Shown in pieces: positions 32,733-40,956 of a stretch of 42,822 bases of DNA; the stretch's first letter is position 1, and each line of letters begins with the position of its first letter. The position numbers were made by a program, and so were the translations under genes. This DNA is from Verrucomicrobiaceae bacterium TMED86 (lineage in GTDB: Bacteria; Verrucomicrobiota; Verrucomicrobiia; Verrucomicrobiales; Akkermansiaceae): assembly GCA_002172625.1 (NCBI GenBank), contig NHEN01000002.1, positions 1-42,822 of the forward strand. Reading direction: 5' to 3'. Under the pieces are notes generated by a model, which was given only the letters and a program-made list of their open reading frames with translations, searched no databases and was not told where the DNA came from.

Positions 32733-33698
32733 ATGAAAACAATATCACTCATTACAGCCGTCTCGCTTCTTGCCTCATCCTTCAGCTTTGCCGGCGGAGA
32801 AGGCTGGACCAGCGACTTCGCAGCAGCGAAGGCCCAAGCCGCCAAAGAGGGCAAAGACCTCCTCATCGACTTCACCGGCTCCGACTGGTGCGGCTGGTGC
32901 ATCAAACTCAACGAGGAAGTCTTCCAACACGATCCCTTCAAGAAAGGCGTCGCTGATCAATTCGTCCTCGTGGAACTCGATTACCCACGGGACAAATCGA
33001 AGTTAGACGAAAAAACGATTAAGCAAAATGATGAGCTTAAGAGCACTTACGAACCACGAGGATTCCCGACCATCCTCCTCACCGACGCCAGCGGAAAACC
33101 ATACGCTCAAACCGGGTATCAAAAAGGAGGTCCCGAGGCCTACGTGAAGCACCTCGACGAGCTTCGCGCTAAAAAAACAGACCTCATGAAAAGCTTCGAA
33201 GAAGCCGACAAGCTTGAAGGCGTCGCCAAAGCCAAAGCTCTTGTCGAGGCTCTTGGCACACTCCAACCCCAGCATCACAAACATTACTCCGATAAAATTT
33301 CGGCCATCGAAAAGGCCGATCCAAAAGACGAATCCGGTTTTGTTAAGGAGCAAAAATTTCGTGCTGCAAAATCAGATCTCGAAAAGCAGCTGAGCACCGC
33401 CATGCGGGCCCAAAAACTTGACGATGCGATAAAAGCTGTCGATAGCTTCATCGCCAAGCACAATCCCGAAGGCGCCGAGAAGCAGGAAATCCTCGCGAAC
33501 AAAGTCAACATTTACATGTCCCAGCAGAAATTGGACGAAGCCGAAAAAGCCCTCGACGAGATCATCGCAGTCGATGCGAAATCCCAGATGGGAACTTCCG
33601 CAGCTGGCTTTAAACCCAGGTTAGCAGAAATGAAAAAGAAGGCTGCGGAAAAGAATACCGAAGAAGCTCCTGACAAGCCTGCGGAGAAATCCGAATAG
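32733..33698 (+). CDS. secreted thioredoxin-fold protein (CGWC active site) with a helical C-terminal extension
   Basis: Tracked ORF 32688..33698. The likely start is MKTISLITAVSLLASSFSFA (a signal peptide) at 32733. It has the motif LLIDFTGSDWCGWCIKLNEEVF and cis-Pro region GFPTILL. The C-terminal region of roughly 170 aa is Lys/Glu/Ala-rich and looks helical. Confidence 0.7.
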   Translation: MKTISLITAVSLLASSFSFAGGEGWTSDFAAAKAQAAKEGKDLLIDFTGSDWCGWCIKLNEEVFQHDPFKKGVADQFVLVELDYPRDKSKLDEKTIKQNDELKSTYEPRGFPTILLTDASGKPYAQTGYQKGGPEAYVKHLDELRAKKTDLMKSFEEADKLEGVAKAKALVEALGTLQPQHHKHYSDKISAIEKADPKDESGFVKEQKFRAAKSDLEKQLSTAMRAQKLDDAIKAVDSFIAKHNPEGAEKQEILANKVNIYMSQQKLDEAEKALDEIIAVDAKSQMGTSAAGFKPRLAEMKKKAAEKNTEEAPDKPAEKSE

Positions 33699-33720
33699 CT
33701 TTAACAATTACAACTCCATC

Positions 33721-33760
33721 AAAAAGCGCGCAGGGACAAGCAAGCCCCGCGCGTTTTTTT
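33721..33760. terminator. bidirectional rho-independent terminator between convergent genes
   Basis: AAAAA-GCGCGCAGGG-(9 nt loop)-CCCCGCGCG-TTTTTTT. The GC-rich stem has one mismatch. An A-tract on the left and a T-tract on the right let it work on both strands. Confidence 0.8.
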
Positions 33761-33768
33761 ATTTCGTC

Positions 33769-35151
33769 CTACTCGGTTTCAACTTCATAGACAAAGCGGA
33801 AATAACGCGCCCCTTGTGTCGCAGGCATTGATCTCGTTACCATCCCGGCGTTATTCGCCGTCACCGGAGTTCCCTCGCTCCAATTCACTAAATCTTCCGA
33901 GATTTTCAAAAGATACCTCGTCCGGGGCACTCCCGGTGTGCTCACCGTCACCCTGGGACTTCCATTCACCATCTGTACTCCCACTTCGGTTTCATCGGCA
34001 GTCAAAAGAATCACCGACAATCCACCTTCTTCCCCGAAGGGCGACGACCACTTTTCGTCGGTATACACCGAAGTCCCAGTCAAGGTTCCCAAAAACGTCA
34101 CCAAGGCCTCTTTCTGAGCCTGACTCAGATTCAAACGCTGGCCTCCCGTGGGCTGAGTCACACCCGGACGGGGCGGCGGGCCTGCCAAACGACGATCCAA
34201 TCCCGTGGTCACCGCGGGAATAGCGTTGTAGTGATTCACGACATCCAACAATGAGCTCAGCGAAGCATTGTGCATGAATCCCCCATGCGGAGTGCCGTCG
34301 GCCGACACCACATCGCGCAAACTCGGAGACCGGGTGACAGTGAAGTCCAGCCCTCCTGCCAAAGTCCCCGTCACTCCGTTATGTCCGCTATTCGGATCGA
34401 TATCGAATTCCGGCGCTTGGTGACAGGCATTGCACCCCGCCCCGCCACCCGGAGCATTCGGTGGGCTCATGAAAATGCGCTTCCCGTCGTTTTCTTCAGC
34501 AGTGAAATTTTGAAAAGGAGCGTTGGGATTATTCACTTGGGTAAGGCCTTGGTCGTACTTGCTGTCGAATGATTGAATGCTACGCACGAATTGCGCCAAG
34601 GCTCCCTGGACCCGCGCCTCGGTGATCTCGCCATCTCCATAGAGTCCGGTGAAGAGCACCCGATAAAGCTCGATGGCCTCCAGCCGATCCACCAAATATG
34701 AAAAATCCGGATCCCCTTCCGTTCCGCTGAATCCCATCTCAACATGATCCTGAATCGGCATCGTCACCTGGTCTTCCAGTGTCTCCACTCTCTCATCCCA
34801 GAAGAAATTACGCTCACGTCCGAAGCGCGCATTGATCAGACGCATCGAATGCCGCCCCGTGGCCCCGGCCACTCCCTGACTTGCGATATCAGGATCACCA
34901 AAGCCGTGCTCCTGCTGATGACATGACGAGCAAGATACCGTTCCATCCACCGAAAGTCTCGGGTCATAAAAAAGCACTCGTCCCAGAGTCGCGCCAATAT
35001 TCGAAATGCGATTATCTCCCGGCGTATTGTCCTTTTGAATATAGGCCGGCCGGTCCTGGTTGGCATATTCATGAAGTAAAGTCAGATCGAGAACCCCGTT
35101 CTGGGCCATCGCTGAGCTGATCATTGTGTAGAGGATTGTTTGAGCCTTCAT
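33769..35151 (-). CDS. di-haem cytochrome c peroxidase / MauG-family protein with an extra C-terminal domain
   Basis: Tracked ORF 33769..35169. The probable start is MKAQTILYTMISSAMA at 35151. It has two CxxCH motifs (CSSCHQQEHGF and CNACHQAPEF) at the spacing typical of the CCP_MauG family. A tail of roughly 90 aa at the C-terminus is unassigned. Confidence 0.75.
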   Translation of the reverse strand: MKAQTILYTMISSAMAQNGVLDLTLLHEYANQDRPAYIQKDNTPGDNRISNIGATLGRVLFYDPRLSVDGTVSCSSCHQQEHGFGDPDIASQGVAGATGRHSMRLINARFGRERNFFWDERVETLEDQVTMPIQDHVEMGFSGTEGDPDFSYLVDRLEAIELYRVLFTGLYGDGEITEARVQGALAQFVRSIQSFDSKYDQGLTQVNNPNAPFQNFTAEENDGKRIFMSPPNAPGGGAGCNACHQAPEFDIDPNSGHNGVTGTLAGGLDFTVTRSPSLRDVVSADGTPHGGFMHNASLSSLLDVVNHYNAIPAVTTGLDRRLAGPPPRPGVTQPTGGQRLNLSQAQKEALVTFLGTLTGTSVYTDEKWSSPFGEEGGLSVILLTADETEVGVQMVNGSPRVTVSTPGVPRTRYLLKISEDLVNWSEGTPVTANNAGMVTRSMPATQGARYFRFVYEVETE

Positions 35152-35225
35152 GTGGCACATCATCCACATGAAAGATTAAGGAATGATGACGCGAGGCCCC
35201 CAAAAGTGTTAAGAGTTCGTAAACT

Positions 35226-37526
35226 CTAAAAAACAAAGTCGTCTTCTCCGAGAATCTGCACCTCGGTCTCCAGCTCCACGCCGCGCTCCGCTCTCGCGGT
35301 CGCTTTAATCTGATCAATCAGGGCCAGAACATCCGCAGCCTTGGCCTGTCCCCGGTTTACGATGAAATTGCCGTGCTCCGGTGACACTTCGGCTTTTCCG
35401 ACTCCCGATTCCTTGAGGCCCAACTCATCAATGAGCTGCCCTGCACCCATGACTTCGGGATTTTTAAAGGTGCATCCCGCACTCGCTGCTTTTGGCTGCG
35501 TGGCATTGCGATGATGACGCGATTCCTCGAGCAATTCCTGAATCCGTTCTCCGTTTGATTCCTCACCCTGGAAGGTTGCCGAGAGTGCGTAGTTCCGGCG
35601 AAACTCGGGCACGCTGCGATATCTCGCATCGATCTCCTCCCGGCTTCGCGTTCTCACTTCGCCGTCCTCGTCGAAAAACGTCGCGTCGATCACCTGATCA
35701 AAAGTCTCAATTCCCATCGCGCCCGCATTCATCCGAAGCCCTCCGCCAACATTTCCGGGAATTCCTTCCATCCACTCGAATCCGCCAATGCCATTTTCAC
35801 GGGCCACGCTGGCAACTTTCTTAAATCGCGCTCCCGCTCCAGCCCGAATGACATTTCCTGCCGCCACCACTTCGCCAAAGGAACCTCCTTTGGGATGAAT
35901 CACCGCGCCACGAATCCCTCCATCACGAACCAAGAGATTGGATCCCCGTCCTACCACGCGGACCGGAATCCCCCGGGCCCGACAAAAGTTCACCGCATTG
36001 GCAAAGCTCTCGAAGTCACTCGGCTCGATCCAAAACTGAGCCGGACCCCCTACGCGAATCGTGGTGTGTTTCGACATCGGCTCATAGAGCTTCACATTCT
36101 CGACCCCGGCCTCTCCTTTGATCTCCTCAATCACCTTGAGATCTTTCACCAGCTTGTTTCCCGCCTCGTGGACATTCCCAGCCCCCAGAGTGAGAAATAG
36201 ATCGTCCTCTGCCAAAAGATTCCCGATGTGATGATGCGCCGTTTCGAGGTCTGGCAGATAAACCGCTTTCGTATCCCCATGAGCATGCACCGCATCCACA
36301 ATGGTCTGCCCGCTCACACCCTCAATAGGATCTTCACTCGCCGCATAAACCCGCGTCACAAAAACCATATCCGCAGCTTGCAGAGCTTTTCCAAATTCAT
36401 CGGCCAACTTCTGCGTCCGGCTATACCGATGCGGTTGAAAAAGAACCACCACACGCCCCCGGTCAAAAGTCCGCGCCGTCTGCAGTGTCGCCGCGACTTC
36501 CGTCGGATGATGCCCATAGTCATCCACCACCCGAAATCGTTTCGAAAGATACTTCGTCTCAAAACGCCGTTTTGCGCCCGCGAAGGAACTCAGCGCCCGG
36601 GCCGTTTTCTGAAAATCAACCCCACACAAATCTCCAATCGCCAGCGCACCCAGAGCATTCAAGACATTGTGCAATCCGGGAATCCCCAACTGAACGCGCC
36701 CCATTTCCTTCCCACGGAAACTCACCGTAAAACTCACCGTCCCGATCTGCTCTAAAATATCCGTGGCGGTCCAATCGGCGTCTTTCCAGCCGTATGAAAT
36801 CGAGCCCGCTCGCGGTCTGCACAAACTCGTCGCCTCCTCGCAATCCGCACAATAAACCGACGCCCCGCTTGTCTGATCCAGAAGTGTATTGAAGACCTCC
36901 CGAATCTGCTCAATCCCACGCGTGTAAAAATCCAGGTGCTCTTCCTCCACATTGAGCACGATGACATGCTTCGGCTTGTAGAGCGCCAGCGTTCCGTCCG
37001 ACTCATCACCTTCCGCGACCAAAAACTCCCCTTCCTCGTTCCACTCGGCATTCGACCCCAACACCGGAATCTCCGCACCCACATAATGACACGGCGCGAG
37101 TTCACCCTTCCGCAAAATATGCGCAATCATCGACGAAGTCGTCGTCTTGCCATGCGTCCCGGAAACAATCACGCCCGACTTGGTATGCAAAATCGCCGCG
37201 AGGCATTCCGCCCGTCGAAAAGTCGAAGTTCCGGCCTCCGTCGCCGCCGCCAAAGCTGGATTCTCTGGACGAATCGCAGACGAATAGATCACCGCGTCCA
37301 CGTCCTTCACCGCTTCCGCAGAATGCGGAGTCGAAAACTCCAATCCGCTGCTCCGTAAACGCTCGGTCTCTCCCGAAGTCACCCGGTCAGATCCGCTCAC
37401 CCGATGCCCCATCTCCAACAAAAGACGAGCCAGCCCGCTCATCCCGGATCCGGCCACTCCAATCAAATGCACCCGCAAAGGTTCATCGCGATTGAGAAGC
37501 TTTTCGCTGAATTCCTCGATGGTCAT
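35226..37526 (-). CDS. murC-murB: fused UDP-N-acetylmuramate--L-alanine ligase (MurC, N-terminal) and UDP-N-acetylenolpyruvoylglucosamine reductase (MurB, C-terminal)
   Basis: 766 aa in a single uninterrupted frame. The first ~470 residues are MurC (HLIGVAGSGMSGLARLLLEMGHRVSGSD, GTHGKTTTSSM, DDYGHHPTE). The remainder is MurB (MSKHTTIRVGGPAQFW, VVGRGSNLLVRDGGIRG, GAGCTFKNP). The junction lies near 36120. Confidence 0.9.
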   Translation of the reverse strand: MTIEEFSEKLLNRDEPLRVHLIGVAGSGMSGLARLLLEMGHRVSGSDRVTSGETERLRSSGLEFSTPHSAEAVKDVDAVIYSSAIRPENPALAAATEAGTSTFRRAECLAAILHTKSGVIVSGTHGKTTTSSMIAHILRKGELAPCHYVGAEIPVLGSNAEWNEEGEFLVAEGDESDGTLALYKPKHVIVLNVEEEHLDFYTRGIEQIREVFNTLLDQTSGASVYCADCEEATSLCRPRAGSISYGWKDADWTATDILEQIGTVSFTVSFRGKEMGRVQLGIPGLHNVLNALGALAIGDLCGVDFQKTARALSSFAGAKRRFETKYLSKRFRVVDDYGHHPTEVAATLQTARTFDRGRVVVLFQPHRYSRTQKLADEFGKALQAADMVFVTRVYAASEDPIEGVSGQTIVDAVHAHGDTKAVYLPDLETAHHHIGNLLAEDDLFLTLGAGNVHEAGNKLVKDLKVIEEIKGEAGVENVKLYEPMSKHTTIRVGGPAQFWIEPSDFESFANAVNFCRARGIPVRVVGRGSNLLVRDGGIRGAVIHPKGGSFGEVVAAGNVIRAGAGARFKKVASVARENGIGGFEWMEGIPGNVGGGLRMNAGAMGIETFDQVIDATFFDEDGEVRTRSREEIDARYRSVPEFRRNYALSATFQGEESNGERIQELLEESRHHRNATQPKAASAGCTFKNPEVMGAGQLIDELGLKESGVGKAEVSPEHGNFIVNRGQAKAADVLALIDQIKATARAERGVELETEVQILGEDDFVF

Positions 37527-38674
37527 CCTTCGATCACAGTGGCGATTTTCTCCGCGGCATCAGGCACCGCGAGCGATTTCATAGCAGCCGACATCGTCTC
37601 GATGATCTCCCCATTGAGACTGGTCAGCATATCCCGAATACCTTCTTCATTTAACTCATCCTGCTGCTTGAGAACCGCAGCGTTCGCTTCTTCATAGACT
37701 TCGGCATTCGCAGTCTGATGATCATCGGCGGCAAAAGGATAAGGCACTAACAAGGCAGGCAAGCCCACCCGGCTCAACTCGGTCAAGGAAGATGCTCCCG
37801 AACGGGCCACACAGAAATCCGCAGCCGCGTAGGCCGACGGCATTTGGTCACAAAATGCCAAAACCTTGTATCCTTCCCGGTCGCCCACCTGCGCCTTCAC
37901 GCGGTCAAAATCCGCCTGCCCTGCCAAATGCAGCACCTGCCATTCAGTCCCCTCGCTTCCCGTCGCCACCAGCTCATTGAGATTCTGCGCTCCTTGACTT
38001 CCACCCATCACGAGCAAAGTCTTTTTCTTGGGATTGAGATCAAAAACATGACAAGCCGCATGCCGACTCGGCAAAGTCTCCAGCTCATCGCGCACTGGCG
38101 TCCCGGTAATTCTCGTTTCGACTTTCGGAAAATGCTCCGCCGCAACCTCCAGCCCCAACAGCACCTCGGTGCAGCACTCGGCTGTCATTAAATTAGAACG
38201 CCCAGGCACCGCATTGGAATCGTGCACATAAGTCCGCACGCCCAGTTTCGACCCCGCATACACCGGCGGAAAAGAAGTAAAGCCGCCCATTCCCAAAACA
38301 ACATCAGCATTCTCCCGCTGAATAATGGCCCGACATTGCTTGATCGTCTTCCGCAGCCCGAGGAGGAAGGGAATCATTCTCAGCGAAAAAGTCGGTGGTT
38401 TGGCAATCGCCTTCACCGTCTCGAAGTTCAGGTTGGAATATTTCTCGGAAGCCTGGGCATCGACCTTCTTCTCTGAAATCAAGAGGAGAACCTCGTGCCC
38501 CCTCGATTTCAGCTCCTGTGCGACTGCGATTCCGGGAAAGAGATGCCCTCCGGTTCCTCCACAGGCGATGATGATGTTTAAAGGATTAGACACGTTGGAA
38601 AAATTAAGAATGAAAGGTTGGTGCAGATGTTCAACCGCGAAATATAAGAAAGCTTCGCTTCCGGGGATTGACAC
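37523..38674 (-). CDS. murG: undecaprenyldiphospho-muramoylpentapeptide beta-N-acetylglucosaminyltransferase MurG
   Basis: 383 aa in the track, with a GTG start at 38674. Motifs seen: IIIACGGTGGHLFPGIAVAQEL and GGSQGAQNLN. The first 27 codons look non-MurG, and an in-frame GTG at 38593 (SNPLNIIIACGG) is a plausible true start. The TGA stop overlaps the murC-murB ATG (ATGA). Confidence 0.9.
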   Translation of the reverse strand: MSIPGSEAFLYFAVEHLHQPFILNFSNVSNPLNIIIACGGTGGHLFPGIAVAQELKSRGHEVLLLISEKKVDAQASEKYSNLNFETVKAIAKPPTFSLRMIPFLLGLRKTIKQCRAIIQRENADVVLGMGGFTSFPPVYAGSKLGVRTYVHDSNAVPGRSNLMTAECCTEVLLGLEVAAEHFPKVETRITGTPVRDELETLPSRHAACHVFDLNPKKKTLLVMGGSQGAQNLNELVATGSEGTEWQVLHLAGQADFDRVKAQVGDREGYKVLAFCDQMPSAYAAADFCVARSGASSLTELSRVGLPALLVPYPFAADDHQTANAEVYEEANAAVLKQQDELNEEGIRDMLTSLNGEIIETMSAAMKSLAVPDAAEKIATVIEG

Positions 38675-39008
38675 GGCGTCTTTGCTCAGGCATCAAACGC
38701 CCCGTGAGCAAAAAGGTCCAAATTGTTGTCATTCGACGAGCCGCCCTGTGGCTGGCCCCGGCGCGTGTGCAGTGATTGATTGTTGATCGTTGAACTCGGA
38801 GGCGCCCGGCAAATGACGCTTCCTTGAATAATTTCTCACCCATCGGAACGTCGCGACCTGGTCCTCCTTTTCCCAGGCCATTCATGAAACCGACTACCCA
38901 AACATCCGAAGCAAGAGGCACCGCCCTCATTCTCGGCGCAACCTACATGGTCAATCGTCAGACTTCCAAAATCAGCCCACCCATGGCATCACCTCAACCA
39001 ACAAAGTC

Positions 39009-40223
39009 ATGACAACGTCAGAAAAAACACAGCAGTACCTTCTCCAAACATATGGACGGTTTCCCCTCACCATCGTGCGGGGCAGCGGAACCAAGGTGTG
39101 GGACGACCGCGGACGTGAGTATCTCGACTTCTGTGCCGGCATCGCCACCTGCTCGATCGGCCACTGCCATCCAGCTCTTTCCAAAGCGGTCGCCGACCAG
39201 GCGCAGACGCTCATGCACTGCTCAAATCTCTATGCCGGAGACAAACAAGCCGACCTCGCCGAGCTTCTTGTCGAAGGCATTATTGGCGAGCCCGGAAAGA
39301 TCTTCTTTTCCAACTCGGGCGCGGAAGCCAACGACGGCCTGATCAAACTCGCACGGAGATTTGGAGCCGAAAGCGACCGGCACGAAATCATCACCTTCAG
39401 CAAAGGTTTCCACGGTCGAACCATCGGAGCAATGTCTGCCACTGCACAGGGAAAGATCCACGGCGGCTTCGGTCCACTTTTCCCTGGCTTCGTTTATTCC
39501 GACTTTAATGACCTCGCGGCCGCCAAAGCTGCCATCACCGACAAAACGGCAGCCTTCCTCGTCGAACCCATCCAGGGCGAAGGCGGAGTGAATGTCGCCA
39601 CCAAGGAATTTCTCGAAGGTCTCGCCGCCCTCGCTAAAGAGCACAACCTTCTCCTTCTCTTGGATGAAGTCCAAACCGGCTTCGGGCGGACCGGCGAAAT
39701 CAACGGCTGGGAAGCCATCGCTCCCGACATCCAACCCGACGCCGTCTCCTGGGCCAAAGGAATGGGCGGTGGATTCCCCATCGGAGGCTTTTGGGTTTCG
39801 GAGAAGCACTCCCCCCTCCTCGGCCCCGGCAGTCACGGCTCTACCTACGGCGGCAACGCCCTGGCCTGCGCCGCCTCCCTCGCGGTCGTGCAAACAATCA
39901 TCTCGGAAAACCTCATCGAGAACGTCAAAAAAAGAGAAACCCAAATCCGTGAAACCATCTCGGCCTGGAATCATCCCGCCATCACTGGTGTCAAAGGCCA
40001 CGGTCTCCTCCTCGGAGCCAAACTCGACGAGAGCAAGCTCAGCATTCCGGAAGGAAAGGTGCCCTCGATCTACCTCACCATCGCCCTCATCGAAGCAGGG
40101 TCCCTCCACGCGCCCGCCGGCCCCGACGTCGTCCGCCTCATCCCACCGCTCAACGTCACCGCGAAGGAAGTCGATCAGATGCTCGAGATCTTCAAGTCAG
40201 TCTTGGACAACCATCTAAAGTAG
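39009..40223 (+). CDS. argD: acetylornithine aminotransferase (class III PLP aminotransferase)
   Basis: 404 aa. Motifs seen: FSNSGAEANDGLIKLAR, FHGRT, DEVQTGFGRTG, the PLP-Lys region SWAKGMGGGFPIG and GSTYGGNALA. Confidence 0.85.
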   Translation: MTTSEKTQQYLLQTYGRFPLTIVRGSGTKVWDDRGREYLDFCAGIATCSIGHCHPALSKAVADQAQTLMHCSNLYAGDKQADLAELLVEGIIGEPGKIFFSNSGAEANDGLIKLARRFGAESDRHEIITFSKGFHGRTIGAMSATAQGKIHGGFGPLFPGFVYSDFNDLAAAKAAITDKTAAFLVEPIQGEGGVNVATKEFLEGLAALAKEHNLLLLLDEVQTGFGRTGEINGWEAIAPDIQPDAVSWAKGMGGGFPIGGFWVSEKHSPLLGPGSHGSTYGGNALACAASLAVVQTIISENLIENVKKRETQIRETISAWNHPAITGVKGHGLLLGAKLDESKLSIPEGKVPSIYLTIALIEAGSLHAPAGPDVVRLIPPLNVTAKEVDQMLEIFKSVLDNHLK

Positions 40224-40243
40224 CCGAGAGCTCCAACTTTAAA

Positions 40244-40837
40244 CTACTTTCCCCCACCGTTGTAGATCGCCCCGCCAGCCCGCAGGTAATTCTGCAGCGG
40301 CTTGATCGCCGCTTCGCGTTCGATGTCCCGGAAAACCGCGATCCCGCGCTTTTCCAACTCCTCCGGCCAGCTATCCAGCTTCGGACCTTCGTCAAACCCG
40401 ACCTTTTCGGCATCCGAGGTCCTGGCCCCACACACCACACTTTTCACTCCGGACCAGGGAATCGCTCCCAGACACATCGAACAAGGCTCGACACTGGTCA
40501 CAAGTTGCAAATTGGGTCGCACCGATTTACTCAGGTCATGGGTTTTCAAGATGTTCTGCGCAAAAGACAACGCGAGAATCTCGGCATGAGAAATAGAGTA
40601 TCCTGATTCCACCACCAGATTCACTCCGAGAGAAACCAGCTCACCTGTATCAGAATCAAACACCGCCGCACCGAACGGGCCGCCGGATTCCTGGGAAACA
40701 TTCTCGTCTGCCAACTTAATCGCCAAAGCCATGCGGGATTCGATGCTCGGAAACATTTCGCTCAGCGAGCTTTCAAAATCACCGATCCAATTCGGAAGAT
40801 TTACCCGAACACTGAGAGTATGAGAAAGAGGGTTCAT
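40244..40837 (-). CDS. CMP/dCMP-type zinc deaminase (nucleoside/guanine deaminase-like)
   Basis: 197 aa. It has the HAE motif (SISHAEILALS) and the PCxxC motif (VEPCSMCLGAIPWSG). The substrate cannot be assigned. Confidence 0.75.
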   Translation of the reverse strand: MNPLSHTLSVRVNLPNWIGDFESSLSEMFPSIESRMALAIKLADENVSQESGGPFGAAVFDSDTGELVSLGVNLVVESGYSISHAEILALSFAQNILKTHDLSKSVRPNLQLVTSVEPCSMCLGAIPWSGVKSVVCGARTSDAEKVGFDEGPKLDSWPEELEKRGIAVFRDIEREAAIKPLQNYLRAGGAIYNGGGK

Positions 40838-40956
40838 TCAATAAAGAGACTTGGCTTCCCTGAAACCTAACCTACTCGGCTCCCCAAAGACACCTTTACT
40901 CCCGAATTTTCCATCATTGATCCCCCATGGATGAATTTGCAGACTCCTACGCTTTC

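Noticed and set aside
38825-38838. ARG-box-like sequence TGAATAATTTCTCA about 170 nt upstream of argD
   Set aside because: It is a single half-decent match, about 12 of 14 positions to TGAATwwwwATTCA as I remember it. The paired second box expected for ArgR operators is missing. AT-rich matches of this kind are common by chance.
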